From the NCBI GenBank assembly GCA_049840735.1, contig JASGJN010000014.1, positions 1 through 64,000 on the forward strand: a stretch of DNA of 64,000 nt, read 5' to 3'. Source of the DNA: Anaeromyxobacter sp. (GTDB lineage: Bacteria; Myxococcota; Myxococcia; Myxococcales; Anaeromyxobacteraceae). This document shows positions 39,714-49,642 of this stretch, one piece after another. Each line of letters starts with the position of its first letter. The first letter of the stretch is position 1. A program made the translations under genes and the position numbers. The notes under the pieces were generated by a model. That model made no database searches and was not told the DNA's origin. It worked only from the letters and a program-made list of their open reading frames with translations.

Positions 39714-41627
39714 TCAGCCTCCCCTGCGGAGCCAGACCTGGAGCTGCCCCGGCGCGCGGTTCGCCCAGGCGAAGTAGGGGATGGCCTGGAGCTGGACGGG
39801 CCGCGGCGGCGCCGCAGCGGTCGCACCCACGGTCCGGTAGAGCCGGTCGCTCCAGCTCGCCCCGGGCTCGGCCACCGCGCCCGCGCCCTGCAGCGCGACC
39901 ACGCCGCCCAGCAGCTCCGGCCGCCACCCGGGCGCCGGGAGGGACCGCGGATCGACCGCGAGGTCGCGCAGGTCCACGCCGGGGTGGTCGAGCCCCTCGA
40001 CGCAGTACAGCAGCGGGCCGCGGGCCAGCGCGACGCGGCCGGCGTCCTCGAGCGCGTGCGGGTGCGCCTCGATCAGCCGGACGGGCATGGGGAGCTCCAG
40101 CTCCACGCGATCCCCGGGCGTCCAGCTGCGGTGGATCACGGCGTAGGTGCCGGGGACCGGCTGCGCCTCCGGTTGGCCGTTCACGGTGAGCCGGGCTCCG
40201 GCCTCGCACCAGCCCGGGATGCGCAGGTGGAGCGCGAACGTCCCGGCCCCTCGCACCTCCACCGAGATGCGCCCGTCCCAGGGATAGGCGGTGCGCTGCA
40301 CCAGCGTCACCGGGGCACCGCCCGCCTGGAGCCGGACCTCGCTGGCGGCGTACTGGTGGACCAGCACGGCGCCGTCGTCCCGGGTGCCGTAGAGGTAGCC
40401 GGGGAGCGCGGTGAGCGTGCGGGCCACGTTGGGCGGGCAGCAGGCGCAGGTGTACCAGGGCTTCCGCTGGTGCGAGCCGTCCGCCTGGAGCGGGTTCACG
40501 TAGAAGTAGCGCAGGCCGTCGAGCGACCAGCCCGGCAGGACGCCGTTCAGGAGCGTCCACTCCAGCAGGTCGGCGTGGCGCGCCTCGCCGGTCGCCGCGA
40601 GCATGCGCTGGTTCCACATCACGCTGGCGATGGCGGCGCAGGTCTCGGTGTAGGCCCGCGCGTTCGGCAGCTCGTGGTCGTCGCCCAGCGACTCGCCCTC
40701 GTGACGCGAGCCGGCGCCGCCCGACACGTAGAGCTGGCGGGAGACCAGCTGCTCCCAGAGCCGGGTGAGCGCGTCGCGCAGCGAGGCGTCGCCGGTCTCG
40801 AGGTGGAGATCCGTCACCCCGCAGCAGTAGTACAGCGCCCGCACCGCGTGCCCGGCCAGCCGCGGCAGCTCCCGGAACGGGAGGTGGTCCTGGTAGTACT
40901 CGCGCCCGTAGCGGCCGCCGTCGAGGAGCCCGTGGCCGCGCGCCTCCAGGAAGTGCCGAGCCAGGCGCAGCCAGCGCGGGTCGCCGGTCTCGCGGGTGAG
41001 CTCGACCAGCGCCAGCTCCACCTCCTGGTGTCCGTCGATGCCGCTCCGCCGGATCGCGCCCTCCGGCGCGAACTGGGCCCAGATGTGCTCGGCCCAGCGC
41101 ACGGCCACGGCCAGGAGCCGCCCGTCGCCGGTGGCGCGGTGGTGCGCGATGGCCGCCTGGACCAGGTGGCCGCCGCAGTAGAGCTCGTGCATGTCGCGCA
41201 GGTCCGACCAGCGCTGGCCGGCCCGATCCCCGGCGTAGAAGGTGTCCAGGTAGCCGTCCGGCTCCTGCGCCCGCTCCACCAGCGCGATGGTCTCCCCGAC
41301 CAGCCGCTCCAGCGCGGGATCGCGCCGCGCCGCCAGGGCCCAGGCGGCGGCCTCCAGCCACTTGTAGACGTCGCTGTCGTCGAAGAACAGCCCGCTGCGC
41401 GGCGTGTCCAGCTGACCGGCCGCCCTGCGGAAGCCGTCGAGCCGCCCGTGCCGCTCCAGCTCGCCGTGCAGCGCGGGGAGGGACACCTCCACCGCCAGCC
41501 GGTAGCGCTCCCCCCAGGGCCCCGGATCGAGCCGGACGGCGTTCACCGGGACCGGACGCACCCGGGCGTAGGGGCTCCTCGAGGTGTCCACGACGGGGCG
41601 TCCAGGCGCCGATTCACGCATCGTCAT
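39714..41627 (-). CDS. GH127 beta-L-arabinofuranosidase family protein
   Basis: DSDVYKWLEA, HELYCGGH, GHAVR, YTETCA, CACCPPN. Confidence 0.92.
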   Translation of the reverse strand: MTMRESAPGRPVVDTSRSPYARVRPVPVNAVRLDPGPWGERYRLAVEVSLPALHGELERHGRLDGFRRAAGQLDTPRSGLFFDDSDVYKWLEAAAWALAARRDPALERLVGETIALVERAQEPDGYLDTFYAGDRAGQRWSDLRDMHELYCGGHLVQAAIAHHRATGDGRLLAVAVRWAEHIWAQFAPEGAIRRSGIDGHQEVELALVELTRETGDPRWLRLARHFLEARGHGLLDGGRYGREYYQDHLPFRELPRLAGHAVRALYYCCGVTDLHLETGDASLRDALTRLWEQLVSRQLYVSGGAGSRHEGESLGDDHELPNARAYTETCAAIASVMWNQRMLAATGEARHADLLEWTLLNGVLPGWSLDGLRYFYVNPLQADGSHQRKPWYTCACCPPNVARTLTALPGYLYGTRDDGAVLVHQYAASEVRLQAGGAPVTLVQRTAYPWDGRISVEVRGAGTFALHLRIPGWCEAGARLTVNGQPEAQPVPGTYAVIHRSWTPGDRVELELPMPVRLIEAHPHALEDAGRVALARGPLLYCVEGLDHPGVDLRDLAVDPRSLPAPGWRPELLGGVVALQGAGAVAEPGASWSDRLYRTVGATAAAPPRPVQLQAIPYFAWANRAPGQLQVWLRRGG

Positions 41628-41714
41628 AGCCTCTCCCCTCGCAGCCGGCGGCGCGGTTCGCGGCCGTCGCCAGCGTGACGTTGACACGGACGATCCGCGG
41701 GTCACAAGATGCGA

Positions 41715-41743
41715 GAACCGGCAAAACCGGGACGATTCCGACC
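41715..41743 (-). promoter_or_regulatory. Putative AraC operator upstream of GH127
   Basis: GGTCGGAATCgTCCCGgTTTTgccgGTTC, matches 42611-42639. Confidence 0.65.
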
Positions 41744-41755
41744 CGGGGGGCGGCC

Positions 41756-42586
41756 ATGTCGAGCGACGGGCTGGAGCTCTCAATCGGGCTCGAGCTGCAG
41801 GCCAGCAACGGTGGGCTCTTCCTCTCGCGCGGCGTGGGGACCCATCCCACCCGCGTGATCGGCTCGTTCGAGCTCATCTTCGTGAAGCGCGGGGTGCTGG
41901 AGATCCGCGAGGGCGAGACCGGGTTCGCGGTGCAGCAGGACGAGACCCTCATCCTCTGGCCCGGGCGCAAGCACGGGGGCACCGTGCCCTACCCGCCCGA
42001 CCTGCGCTTCTTCTGGGTCCACTTCACCCTGGCGCCGGATGGCCCGCCCGCAGGCGGGCTGCCGCTGAGCGTGCCCCAGCACGCCCGGATCGAGCGGCCG
42101 GACCACCTCACCAACCTGTTCCGCCGCCTGCTGGACGACCAGGAGGCGTTCGGCGTCCGCCCGCTCCCGGCCTCCCTCCTCATCCTGCTCATGCTCTGCG
42201 AGGTCACCGCGTCGAGGCCCGCCTCCGCGCGCTCCGACGGCGCCGCCCAGCTGCTGGCGGCGAGGGCGGACACGCTGATCCTCTCCCGCTTCAACGAGCT
42301 GCTCTCGGCCTCCAGCATCGCCGCCGACCTGGGCTGCAACCCCGACTACCTGGGCCGCGTCTACCGCTCCACCCACGGTCGAACGCTCACCGAGGCCATC
42401 CACGACCGGCGCATCCGCCACGCCACGCGCCTGCTGGCCGAGGGGCGGGAGACCATCGACGAGGTGGCCCGCCAGTGCGGCTTCGAGGACGCAGGCTACT
42501 TCCGCAGGCTCTTCAAGCGCATGCAGGGGATGACCCCCCACGCCTACCGGCGGCTCTACGTCCGGGTCCACGTGAACACTTCCTGA
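41756..42586 (+). CDS. AraC family transcriptional regulator
   Basis: N-terminal cupin (HPTRVI..FELIFV, FFWVHF); VARQCGFEDAGYFRRLFKR..GMTP. Confidence 0.92.
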   Translation: MSSDGLELSIGLELQASNGGLFLSRGVGTHPTRVIGSFELIFVKRGVLEIREGETGFAVQQDETLILWPGRKHGGTVPYPPDLRFFWVHFTLAPDGPPAGGLPLSVPQHARIERPDHLTNLFRRLLDDQEAFGVRPLPASLLILLMLCEVTASRPASARSDGAAQLLAARADTLILSRFNELLSASSIAADLGCNPDYLGRVYRSTHGRTLTEAIHDRRIRHATRLLAEGRETIDEVARQCGFEDAGYFRRLFKRMQGMTPHAYRRLYVRVHVNTS

Positions 42587-42610
42587 GCGGGGCCCGCTGC
42601 GGCGCCGGAA

Positions 42611-42639
42611 GGTCGGAATCCTCCCGCTTTTCTACGTTC
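42611..42639 (+). promoter_or_regulatory. Putative AraC operator upstream of the sugar ABC operon
   Basis: GGTCGGAATCcTCCCGcTTTTctacGTTC; -10-like GAGAAT at 42671. Confidence 0.65.
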
Positions 42640-42702
42640 CGGTCGTCTGGACGGTGCCGCACCTGCGCCGGAGAATGCTGACACCGTTCCCAGGAGGGCG
42701 CG

Positions 42703-44055
42703 ATGCACACGACGAGGCCGTTGCTGTCGGCGCTGGCGCTGCTGCTCGTGGTCGGAATCGTGCAGCCCGCAGCTGCCCAGGCGAAGAAGGAGCCGGTCAC
42801 CATCAAATACGTCTACTGGGGAAGCCCCCAGGAGAAGCTCGCCGTCGAGAAGGCCTGCGCCGAGTTCTCGAAGAAGAGCGGCTACGTCACGGTGGTGCCG
42901 GTCTACATCCCCGAGCAGGATTTCGATGCCAAGGTCACCGCCATGGCCGCCGCCGGCGACACGCCGGACGCGGGCTACTGCACGGCGCAGCTGGCCTCGA
43001 TCTGGAGCACCCAGGGCAAGTTCGTGAACTGGTTCGAGATGCTGGACAAGGATCCGGCGCTCGACAGGTCGGACTTCGTGGACGGGATCTGGTTCCAGGA
43101 CAGCCCGACCAACGCCTACGGGATCAGCACCGCGGTGGAGGCGTTCGGGCTCTTCTACAACAAGGCCGCGTTCAAGGACGCGGGCCTGCCCGAGCCGCCC
43201 ACGCGCTTCGACCAGGCCTGGACCTGGGAGCAGTTCGTGGAGGTCGCGCGGAAGCTCACCATCGACCGCAACGGCAAGAACGCCACCCAGCCCGGGTTCG
43301 ACCCCACCGCCATCAAGCAGTTCGGGGTCACCTTCGAGAGCTGGTGGGGGCCCTGGTCCGTGCACGTCCTCAACAACGGCGGCGACTACCTGACCGCCGA
43401 CGGCAAGGGGCTGGGGCTGACCGACCCCGCCGCCACGCGCGCCATCCAGCGGCTGGCGGACCTCATCAACGTCTACCACGTGGCCCCCAACCCCATTCAG
43501 TTCAAGGCCATCCCCAGCCAGGCCGCCGCCATCCAGGCGCGCCTCGCGGCCATGTCCATGCACGGCCAGTGGATCAACCTCGACCTCGGCGCCGCCCGGG
43601 CCAACTACGGCATCGGCGTCCTGCCGCGCATGGACCAGCGCAGCGGCACCATCCTCATCTCCGGCGTGAGCGTCATCTTCAAGGCCACCAAGCATCCCGA
43701 GGAGGCGTGGGCGCTCAGCAAGTACCTGGCCAGCGACGGCGCGCTGCCGCTGTACCAGAACGGCCTGTGGATGCCGACCATGAAGCGCTACTACACCGAC
43801 CCGGCGCTGCTCGCGAAGTGGGCGGGGCCCGACGCCGCCCACCCGGCCGGCTTCAAGGACTCCATGCTGGACATGGTCCTGAACCACTCCCGGCCCAGCA
43901 TCACCTACTACGTCAGGAACTTCGGGAAGCTGGACTCGATGGTCTCGGCGGCGCTGGACCCGGTCTGGCAGGGCAAGATGACCGCCGAGCAGGCCATGAC
44001 CGAGCTGGCACCCAAGATCACCCCGGAGATCCAGGGCAAGTACCAGCTGCGGTGA
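42703..44055 (+). CDS. Sugar ABC transporter substrate-binding protein
   Basis: Signal peptide, LFYNKAAF.DAGL, WTWEQF, TKHPEEAW. Confidence 0.92.
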   Translation: MHTTRPLLSALALLLVVGIVQPAAAQAKKEPVTIKYVYWGSPQEKLAVEKACAEFSKKSGYVTVVPVYIPEQDFDAKVTAMAAAGDTPDAGYCTAQLASIWSTQGKFVNWFEMLDKDPALDRSDFVDGIWFQDSPTNAYGISTAVEAFGLFYNKAAFKDAGLPEPPTRFDQAWTWEQFVEVARKLTIDRNGKNATQPGFDPTAIKQFGVTFESWWGPWSVHVLNNGGDYLTADGKGLGLTDPAATRAIQRLADLINVYHVAPNPIQFKAIPSQAAAIQARLAAMSMHGQWINLDLGAARANYGIGVLPRMDQRSGTILISGVSVIFKATKHPEEAWALSKYLASDGALPLYQNGLWMPTMKRYYTDPALLAKWAGPDAAHPAGFKDSMLDMVLNHSRPSITYYVRNFGKLDSMVSAALDPVWQGKMTAEQAMTELAPKITPEIQGKYQLR

Positions 44056-44059
44056 GAGA

Positions 44060-45037
44060 ATGAGGAGCGTGGCCGAGGCCCTCAAGGTGATCGCGGCGGC
44101 GCGGCAGCGGGAGTCCCCGCTCGCCGCCGCGCCGCGCACCCGGCACCGCGCGTCGCCGGCCGGCTGGCTCTTCACGGCCCCGGTCATCGCCGGCTGGCTC
44201 GTCTTCGTGGCCGTGCCGGTCCTGGCCACGCTCCTCCTCTCGTTCACCGACTACGTGGTGGGCGGCGCCCCGACCCTCGTCGGCCTGCGCAACTACCGCG
44301 ACCTGTTCACCAGCACCGATCCCTCCTTCTTCGACTCGGTGCGGGCCACCGCGCTCTACGCCTTCCTGAGCGTGCCGGTGTGCCTGCTGGCCTCCTTCGG
44401 GCTCGCCAGCCTGCTCAACCTGCAGATCCGCTTCCGCGCCTTCTTCCGCGCGGCGCTCTTCCTGCCGGTGGTGATCCCGCTGGCCGCCAGCTCCGTCATC
44501 TGGATGTGGCTCTTCCAGCCGGACTTCGGGCTGGTCAACGTCGTGTCGCGCGCGCTCGGGCTGGGCTCGCCGGCGTGGCTCGCCTCCGAGACCACGGTCA
44601 TCCCGACCATGGTCCTCATGAACGTCTGGCTGACCGGAAACTCGACCCTGATCTTCCTGGCCGCGCTGCAGAACGTGCCGCGCCACCTCTACGAGGCGGT
44701 GGAGGTGGACGGGGGCAACGCCTGGCACAAGCTGCGGCACGTCACGCTGCCGATGGTGTCCCCCACCCTCTTCTTCAACGCCATCACCGGGTTCATCACG
44801 GCGCTGCAGGCCTTCGTGCAGCCCGCCATCATGACGTCGGACGCCTACCACCAAGGCGGGCCGAACAACGCCAGCCTCCTCTACGTGCTCTTCATCTACC
44901 GGGAGGCGTTCCGCTTCTCGCGGCTGGGGAGCGCCTCGGCCGCGGCGGTGCTCCTCTTCGCGGTCATCGCCGCGCTCACCTGGGCCTTCTTCAAGCTCTC
45001 CCGGTCGCTCATCTACTACGAGGGGGAGCGCGCATGA
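44060..45037 (+). CDS. Carbohydrate ABC transporter permease
   Basis: VGLRNY; EAA loop LYEAVEVDGG. Confidence 0.93.
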   Translation: MRSVAEALKVIAAARQRESPLAAAPRTRHRASPAGWLFTAPVIAGWLVFVAVPVLATLLLSFTDYVVGGAPTLVGLRNYRDLFTSTDPSFFDSVRATALYAFLSVPVCLLASFGLASLLNLQIRFRAFFRAALFLPVVIPLAASSVIWMWLFQPDFGLVNVVSRALGLGSPAWLASETTVIPTMVLMNVWLTGNSTLIFLAALQNVPRHLYEAVEVDGGNAWHKLRHVTLPMVSPTLFFNAITGFITALQAFVQPAIMTSDAYHQGGPNNASLLYVLFIYREAFRFSRLGSASAAAVLLFAVIAALTWAFFKLSRSLIYYEGERA

Positions 45038-45879
45038 CCGCGGTGCGCGGCCGGCGGCGGGGCCTGGGACGGACGGCCACCTACGCGGCCCTGGTCGCGC
45101 TCGCCCTGGTGTTCCTCTTCCCCTACTACTGGATGGTGCGCAGCTCGCTGGTGGACCTGGGCAGCATCTTCGAGCCCTCGCCCAGCCTGCTCCCGCGCCG
45201 GCCCAGCGCGGACAACTACGCCACCGCCCTCACCATGTTCCCGTTCGGGCGGTTCTTCCTGAACAGCCTGGTCGTGGCCGTGCTCACGGTGGCGGGGACG
45301 CTCCTGTCCGCCTCGCTGTGCGCGTTCGGCTTCTCCCGGCTGCGCTGGAAGGGGCGCGACTGGGTCTTCTCCACGGTCCTCACCGGCATGATGCTGCCCT
45401 TCTTCGTCGTGATGATCCCGCACTTCGTCATGTGGCGGTGGCTCGGGCTCACCGACTCGCTGACGCCGCTCATCGCGCCGGCCTGGTTCGGCGGCGGCGT
45501 GTTCAACATCTTCCTGCTCCGCCAGTTCTTCCTCGGCATCCCGCGCGAGCTGGACGAGGCGGCGCTCCTGGAAGGCGCCACGCCGCTGCAGGTCTTCCTG
45601 CACATCATCGTGCCGCTCTCCAAGCCGGCGCTGATCGTGGTGGGGCTCCTGACCTTCCTGGCCAGCTGGAACGACTACCTGGCCCCCATCATCTTCATCA
45701 CCTCGGAGGACAAGTACACGCTGATGCTGGGCCTGAACCTGTTCCTGGGGAGCTACACGGCCCAGTGGAACTACCTCATGGCCGCCACCTGCATCATCGT
45801 GCTGCCCTCGCTGGCGCTGTTCGCGGTCGCGCAGCGCTACCTGATGGAGGGCATCGTGATGACGGGGCTGAAGGGCTGA
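45034..45879 (+). CDS. Carbohydrate ABC transporter permease
   Basis: FLLRQFF.GIPRELDEAALLEGA, SWNDYL, GIVMTGLKG. Confidence 0.93.
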   Translation: MTAVRGRRRGLGRTATYAALVALALVFLFPYYWMVRSSLVDLGSIFEPSPSLLPRRPSADNYATALTMFPFGRFFLNSLVVAVLTVAGTLLSASLCAFGFSRLRWKGRDWVFSTVLTGMMLPFFVVMIPHFVMWRWLGLTDSLTPLIAPAWFGGGVFNIFLLRQFFLGIPRELDEAALLEGATPLQVFLHIIVPLSKPALIVVGLLTFLASWNDYLAPIIFITSEDKYTLMLGLNLFLGSYTAQWNYLMAATCIIVLPSLALFAVAQRYLMEGIVMTGLKG

Positions 45880-46062
45880 GGGCCCGAGCCCGCCTGGCAG
45901 CGATAGGAGCGCCCTGGTCCCGCCCTCCCTGGCGAGCGCTGGACGTGCGTGCGGCTGCCCCTCCAGAGCACCCACGAGCGCGTGCCCCACGGACGCAGGA
46001 TGCGTATGGTGTGATCCCGAAAGGAACACCCGCTCGCTGCACCTTCGCCCCGAGGGAGCCCC

Positions 46063-46671
46063 ATGAACCCCAAGCGCATGATCCTGCTCGCTGCACTCGC
46101 TCTCCTCGCTCCCGTCGCCGCGAACGCAGGGGGTGTCGGCATCGAGGCGCTGTACGGCGTCGCGTGGCCTCCCGCGACCGACTTCGACTCGGCCGTCGGC
46201 GGCGTCAACACCGACCACCTCTCGGAGGACACCTCGCAGATCTACGGCGGGACGCTGCTCCTGAACTTCGGGCTCCTGGACATCGGGGCCATCGTGGACA
46301 CCACCAGCCCGGACCAGGGGCCCGACCAGACCGCGATCGGCGGGCTGGCCGGGCTGCGCTTCGGCGACAAGCTGCGCTTCGACCTGCTCGGCGAGATCGG
46401 CGGCCAGCGCTACGGCAACGTCTTCGAGAACACCGACGTGGTGACCGAGAGCACCTCCGACCAGTGGCTCATGTACCTCGGGCTCAGGCCGGGCATCGCC
46501 TACAGGTTCGGCCCGTCCGAGGGCCTGGGGCTCGTGGTGGGGGTGTGGGGCTTCGCCCGCTGGGACGTGACCGACAAGAAGCTCTCGGTGGACTCCGGCG
46601 ACGCGCAGGGCGAGGTGAAGCTCGGCGGCACGACCATCGGCGCGACGCTCCGGGCCGGCATCGAGTTCTAG
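46063..46671 (+). CDS. Putative small outer membrane beta-barrel protein
   Basis: Signal peptide, alternating strands, C-terminal Phe (LRAGIEF). Confidence 0.65.
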   Translation: MNPKRMILLAALALLAPVAANAGGVGIEALYGVAWPPATDFDSAVGGVNTDHLSEDTSQIYGGTLLLNFGLLDIGAIVDTTSPDQGPDQTAIGGLAGLRFGDKLRFDLLGEIGGQRYGNVFENTDVVTESTSDQWLMYLGLRPGIAYRFGPSEGLGLVVGVWGFARWDVTDKKLSVDSGDAQGEVKLGGTTIGATLRAGIEF

Positions 46672-46765
46672 CGGCCGCGGGACGACGCTCCCCGGGCGAG
46701 CGGACGTCGCGCGGCCGGCGCGCGTCGGCCTCGCGGCCGGAGCGCCAATCCGCTATCAGGAAGGC

Positions 46766-48479
46766 ATGCACGAGCTCGACATCCTCCTCACCTTCGCCGG
46801 CGGCCTCACGGGGGCGCTGGTCCTGGGCTTCGTCGCTCACCGCCTCAAGCTGTCACCCATCGTCGGCTACCTCCTGGCAGGGGTGCTCGTCGGCCCGTTC
46901 ACGCCTGGTTACGTGGCCGACCGGGCCGTCGCCGATCAGTTCGCCGAGATCGGCGTCATCCTGCTCCTCTTCGGCGTGGGGCTCCGGTTCCACCTGCGCG
47001 AGCTCATCGCGGTCTGGCGCGTGGCCGTCCCGGGGGCGCTCATCCAGAGCACGGTCTCCACCCTGCTGCTGGCGGCGCTGCTGCGGCCGTTCGGCTGGAG
47101 CTGGGCCTCCGGGCTGGTCCTGGGGATGGGCATCTCGGTCGCGAGCACGGTGGTCATGGCCCTGGTGCTCGCCGAGCGGCACGACCTGCACGCGCCCATC
47201 GGCCACATCGCCATCGGCTGGACCGTCGTGGAGGACCTGCTCACGGTCGTGCTGCTCCTGGTGCTCCCCATCCTCTTCGGCCCGGACCAGGGCGAGGGAC
47301 AGGGAACGGCGGCCGTCCTCGGGCTCGCCGGGCTGAAGCTCCTCGGCCTGGTCGCGGCCGTCGTCGTCCTCGGTCGATGGGCCATCCCCTGGGCGCTGGA
47401 GCGGATCGAGCGGACCCGGGTCCGGGAGCTCTTCACCCTCGCCGTGCTGGTCCTCGCGGTGGGCATCGCGGTCGGATCGGCGAAGGTCTTCGGCGTGTCC
47501 ATGGCGCTGGGGGCCTTCCTGGCCGGGCTGGCGGTGGGCCGCTCCGAGTTCGCCGCCCGCGCCGCCGGCGACGCGGTGCCGATGCGCGACGCCTTCGCCG
47601 TGCTCTTCTTCGTCTCGGTGGGGATGCTCTTCGACCCGCGGAGCATCCTGGAGGTGCCGCTCCTGGTGCTGGTCGTGCTCGCCGTGGTGCTGGTCGGCAA
47701 GCCGCTGGCCGCGCTGGCCGCCGTGCGGCTCCTGGGGGTCCCGCTGGCGACGGCCGCGCCCGTCGGCGCCGCGTTCTCGCAGGTGGGGGAGTTCAGCTTC
47801 ATCCTGGGGACGGTGGCGCGGCAGCTCGGGCTGCTGGGCGACGCAGGCTGGAACGCGCTGGTGGCCAGCTCCATCATCTCGAATCTCGCTCAACCCCGTC
47901 CTCTACCGGTGGGTGCGCCGGATCTCGTCCCCGACGCCTCGGCGCGAGCCGGCCGCGCCTGTCGCCCGGCCCGTGGTCGACCCGCAGCGCTGCATCCTGG
48001 TCGGCCATGGCCCGGTGGGACGGATCGTCCACCGCCTGCTCACCGACCGCGGCGTCGCGGTCACCCTGGTCGATCTCAACCTCGACACCATCCGCCGGGC
48101 CAAGGCCGACGGGCTGACCACCGTGTACGGCGACGTGCTCCGGCCGGGGACGCTCGAGGACGCCGGCATCGCCAGCGCCGGGAGCCTGGTCCTGAGCGCG
48201 GATCTCGAGGACGCCGCCGAGGTCATCCGGCAGGCGCGGATGCTCAACCCGGAGCTGCGCGTGCTCGCCCGCTGCGCGCACCTGCGCGACGCGCCCGCGC
48301 TCGAGCGCGCCGGCGCCGCCGTGGTCGCCGCCGGCGAGGCCGAGGTCGGGGTGGCGCTGGTGGAGGCCATGACCGCCGGCGAGGGGAGCGACGGACATGC
48401 GCAGACGGCCCAGCGGCGGGACGTCCGGGCGCGGCTCTACTCCGACGGAGCGTCCGAGGCCGCCACGGGCCCGGCCTGA
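46766..48479 (+). CDS. CPA2 cation:proton antiporter with TrkA-N domain (YbaL-like; frameshift at about 47885)
   Basis: VGYLLAG..GPFTPG, AEIGVILLLF, QVGEFSFIL; GHGPVG, YGD. Confidence 0.9.
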
Positions 48480-48500
48480 GCACGCACAGCCGGACGAACG

Positions 48501-49013
48501 TCAGTCCTTGACCGGGCGCGCGTCCGACTGGAGCCCCGACACACGGAGCGCCTCCGCTGCCGTCCGGCACGCGCGCGGGCCATCGTGGTAGCGCGCGACC
48601 CGCACCGGCGGGTAGGCCCGCATGCGGTCGAGGAGGCCCTGCTCGTCGTTTGGCGAGAGGAGGGCGGCGCACGCCTCGTACAGCCCGCCCGGCCCCTCCT
48701 CCAGGGCGTTGTGGGGGACGAGGATGGTCCGCAGCTCGTCGGCGGTGGACTGCAGCGGCGTGGGGACGAGGAGCGCGGCCAGCGCCCCGTGATCCACGCG
48801 CAGCCGGCGCGCGAAGGGAAGCGGCTCGCCACCGCGCGCGGCCGTGAGGGCCGGGACCAGCAGCTTCTCCTCCAGCGCGATGTGGCGCAGGAGCCCTTCG
48901 CGGAACTCGCCGAAGCTCGCCAGGTCCACGTCGGGCCCGCGGAAGGCGCGGGCCAGCAGCGCCTCGAGGCGGGCGTGGTCCTGGGCCAGGAACTGGAAGA
49001 TGGGGCCGGTCAT
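48501..49013 (-). CDS. Hemerythrin domain protein
   Basis: DHARL, HIALEE, DH, HNALEE motifs. Confidence 0.8.
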   Translation of the reverse strand: MTGPIFQFLAQDHARLEALLARAFRGPDVDLASFGEFREGLLRHIALEEKLLVPALTAARGGEPLPFARRLRVDHGALAALLVPTPLQSTADELRTILVPHNALEEGPGGLYEACAALLSPNDEQGLLDRMRAYPPVRVARYHDGPRACRTAAEALRVSGLQSDARPVKD

Positions 49014-49185
49014 GGAGCGGGGAGGAACACTATCCCACCGGTGTGGCAACCTCCAGGCGGCCGGCGGCCAGGTCCCCTTCGGCATCCTCGTCGCTGCGCC
49101 CCGCGGACCGCAACCAGTTCGGTCGACGTGCGACTGGCCAGGACGCAGCCTTGTGGAGGCCCACCCGGCTGCCTACGTTTCTCGG

Positions 49186-49590
49186 GTGGCCCGAGCGCGT
49201 CGAGACAGCTGGTTTCGCGACCTCTCCTACCGCTTCGCGGCGGTGAGCGGGACGCACTGGGCGTTCCTGGGCGCGCTGGGCGTGGTGCTCGGCTGGGCGG
49301 TCACCGGGCCGCTGTTCCACTACTCGGACACCTGGCAGCTCGTCATCAATACCAGCACCACCGTCGTCACCTTCCTGATGGTGTTCCTGATCCAGGCCAC
49401 CCAGAACCGCGACGGGAAGGCCCTCCAGCTGAAGCTGGACGAGCTCATCCGTTCCCAGCGCTCCGCGCGCAACGCGTTCGCCGACCTGGAGGACGCGAGC
49501 GAGGAGGAGCTGCGTCAGTTCGAAAAGGAGTTCCAGGCGCTGCGCGCCCGCTGGCGCTCGCGACACCAGGAGCGGGCGCACGAGGCTTGA
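49186..49590 (+). CDS. Low-affinity iron permease (Fet4-like) family protein
   Basis: SDTWQLVINTSTT..TFLMVFLIQATQNRD, LKLDELI. Confidence 0.9.
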   Translation: MARARRDSWFRDLSYRFAAVSGTHWAFLGALGVVLGWAVTGPLFHYSDTWQLVINTSTTVVTFLMVFLIQATQNRDGKALQLKLDELIRSQRSARNAFADLEDASEEELRQFEKEFQALRARWRSRHQERAHEA

Positions 49591-49642
49591 CGCTCCGCGC
49601 CGAACGCCTCCCCGCGCCGCCGACCGCTACGCGTCATCTCCC

